The notes under the pieces: generated by a model
Databases searched by the model: none
The model's input: the letters and a program-made list of their open reading frames with translations, nothing else
What the model was told of the DNA's origin: nothing
Shown: one piece after another, positions 63,165 to 64,000 of the stretch
How positions within the stretch are numbered: position 1 is the first letter of the stretch
Layout of the letters: each line of letters opens with the position of its first letter
Origin: Octopus sinensis
Taxonomy: Eukaryota
Assembly (NCBI RefSeq): GCF_006345805.1
Contig: NC_043001.1
Span: 58,962,001-59,026,000 of the forward strand
Length of the DNA stretch: 64,000 nt
Reading direction: 5' to 3'
Position numbers and translations under genes: made by a program

Positions 63165-64000
63165 AGTTGATAAACTTAGACTTAGATAAACTTAGATATG
63201 TTTCGACCAAAGATTGGTCCAGGCCATGTCTATCTTAATAGCACCACCTGATAGGATTATTCGAATCCTGTTTAAGTCAAGTTTAGTTTAAGTCAAGTTT
63301 TGTTCAAGTAGTGAGTTCTTGTTGGGTAAGTTGTATCCAATTATGGGTGGCTTATCTGATATTCTTTGAAGGAATCTATCCAGACTCCGTTTAAAGTTGA
63401 TGGGATCCTTTTCCTCTTTGATCTCCATCGGGACAATGTTAAATAGGGCAGGGCCTGTTGAGGAAAAGAAATTATGTTGCAGTGTATATGTATGTTGTGA
63501 TCTTGAATTGGGCAGGGGACGTATGGCCCGTGGTCCCAGTCTTGGATGAACCTTGAAGCTAATGTTAAGGTCGTTTGGGCAAAATTAGCGGTATATTCTC
63601 CACATCGTACAAATGATGTACCGCTCACGGCGACGCTGGAGGGAGTAAAGTTTCAAGGCTTTAAGGCGATCCCAATAATCGAGAGCAACCATGCCTTCAA
63701 TTCGTTTAGTGAGTGCCCTCTGGGGTGACCCAATTCTGGAGATGTTTTGACTTGTATGGGGAGACCACAGTGGGCAGCAGTATTCGATGTGTGGCCGTAC
63801 AAAGGAGGAAAATGTGGTATGATGACACCTTGTTCTCTGGACCGGAAAGTTCTTAAGATCCAGGAACTCATCCTACGAGCTATATCGACCTTCTTGTTGA
63901 TGTGTGCACTCCAACTGAGACAATTACACCCAGGTCTCTGATATTGTTAGAGGCTGTGAGCGGTTCCCCTGAAGGAAGAGAGTATGATTGTTTTAGTGAG
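63165..64000 (-). mobile_element. CR1-type LINE 3' portion (runs off the window)
   Basis: NIRDLGVIV..SWSAHINKKVDIARRMSSWILRTFRSRE..FVRPHIEYCCPLWSP. The 3' stem-loop GACCAA-TCT-TTGGTC is followed by CTAAGTTTAT tail repeats. Confidence 0.92.

Noticed and set aside
63195-63230. GACCAA-UCU-UUGGUC-GAAAC on the minus strand as a hammerhead half
   Set aside because: No CUGANGA upstream; better explained as the CR1 3' recognition stem-loop.

Overview
AT-rich, microsatellite-dense eukaryotic DNA. I found no host protein-coding gene I can support, and nearly all ORFs in the track are microsatellite read-throughs or transposon debris. The repeat content resembles an Octopus (coleoid cephalopod) intergenic or intronic region; that assignment is inference from recalled repeat families, not a database search. 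The window holds tRNA-derived SINEs, R4/Dong LINE pieces in (TAA)n tracts, RTE, CR1, L1/Tx1-like and possibly CRE remnants, Penelope-like element (PLE) remnants, and Helitrons (one with 23-aa STPR-like repeats). It also holds a 1.1-kb foldback element and a near-perfect 1.28-kb tandem duplication. The most interesting signal is at the RNA level. Five minimal type-I hammerhead-ribozyme (HHR) motifs from about four families lie at 860-918, 49413-49452, 55810-55855, 56690-56723 and 60733-60782, mostly inside short non-coding elements with inverted ends. One element (55750-56190) joins a tRNA-Ser-like Pol III head, a trinucleotide spacer and an HHR tail, a candidate ribozyme-bearing SINE mobilised by Penelope machinery. 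Coordinates were read by eye and may be off by a few bases, or tens of bases for decayed elements.
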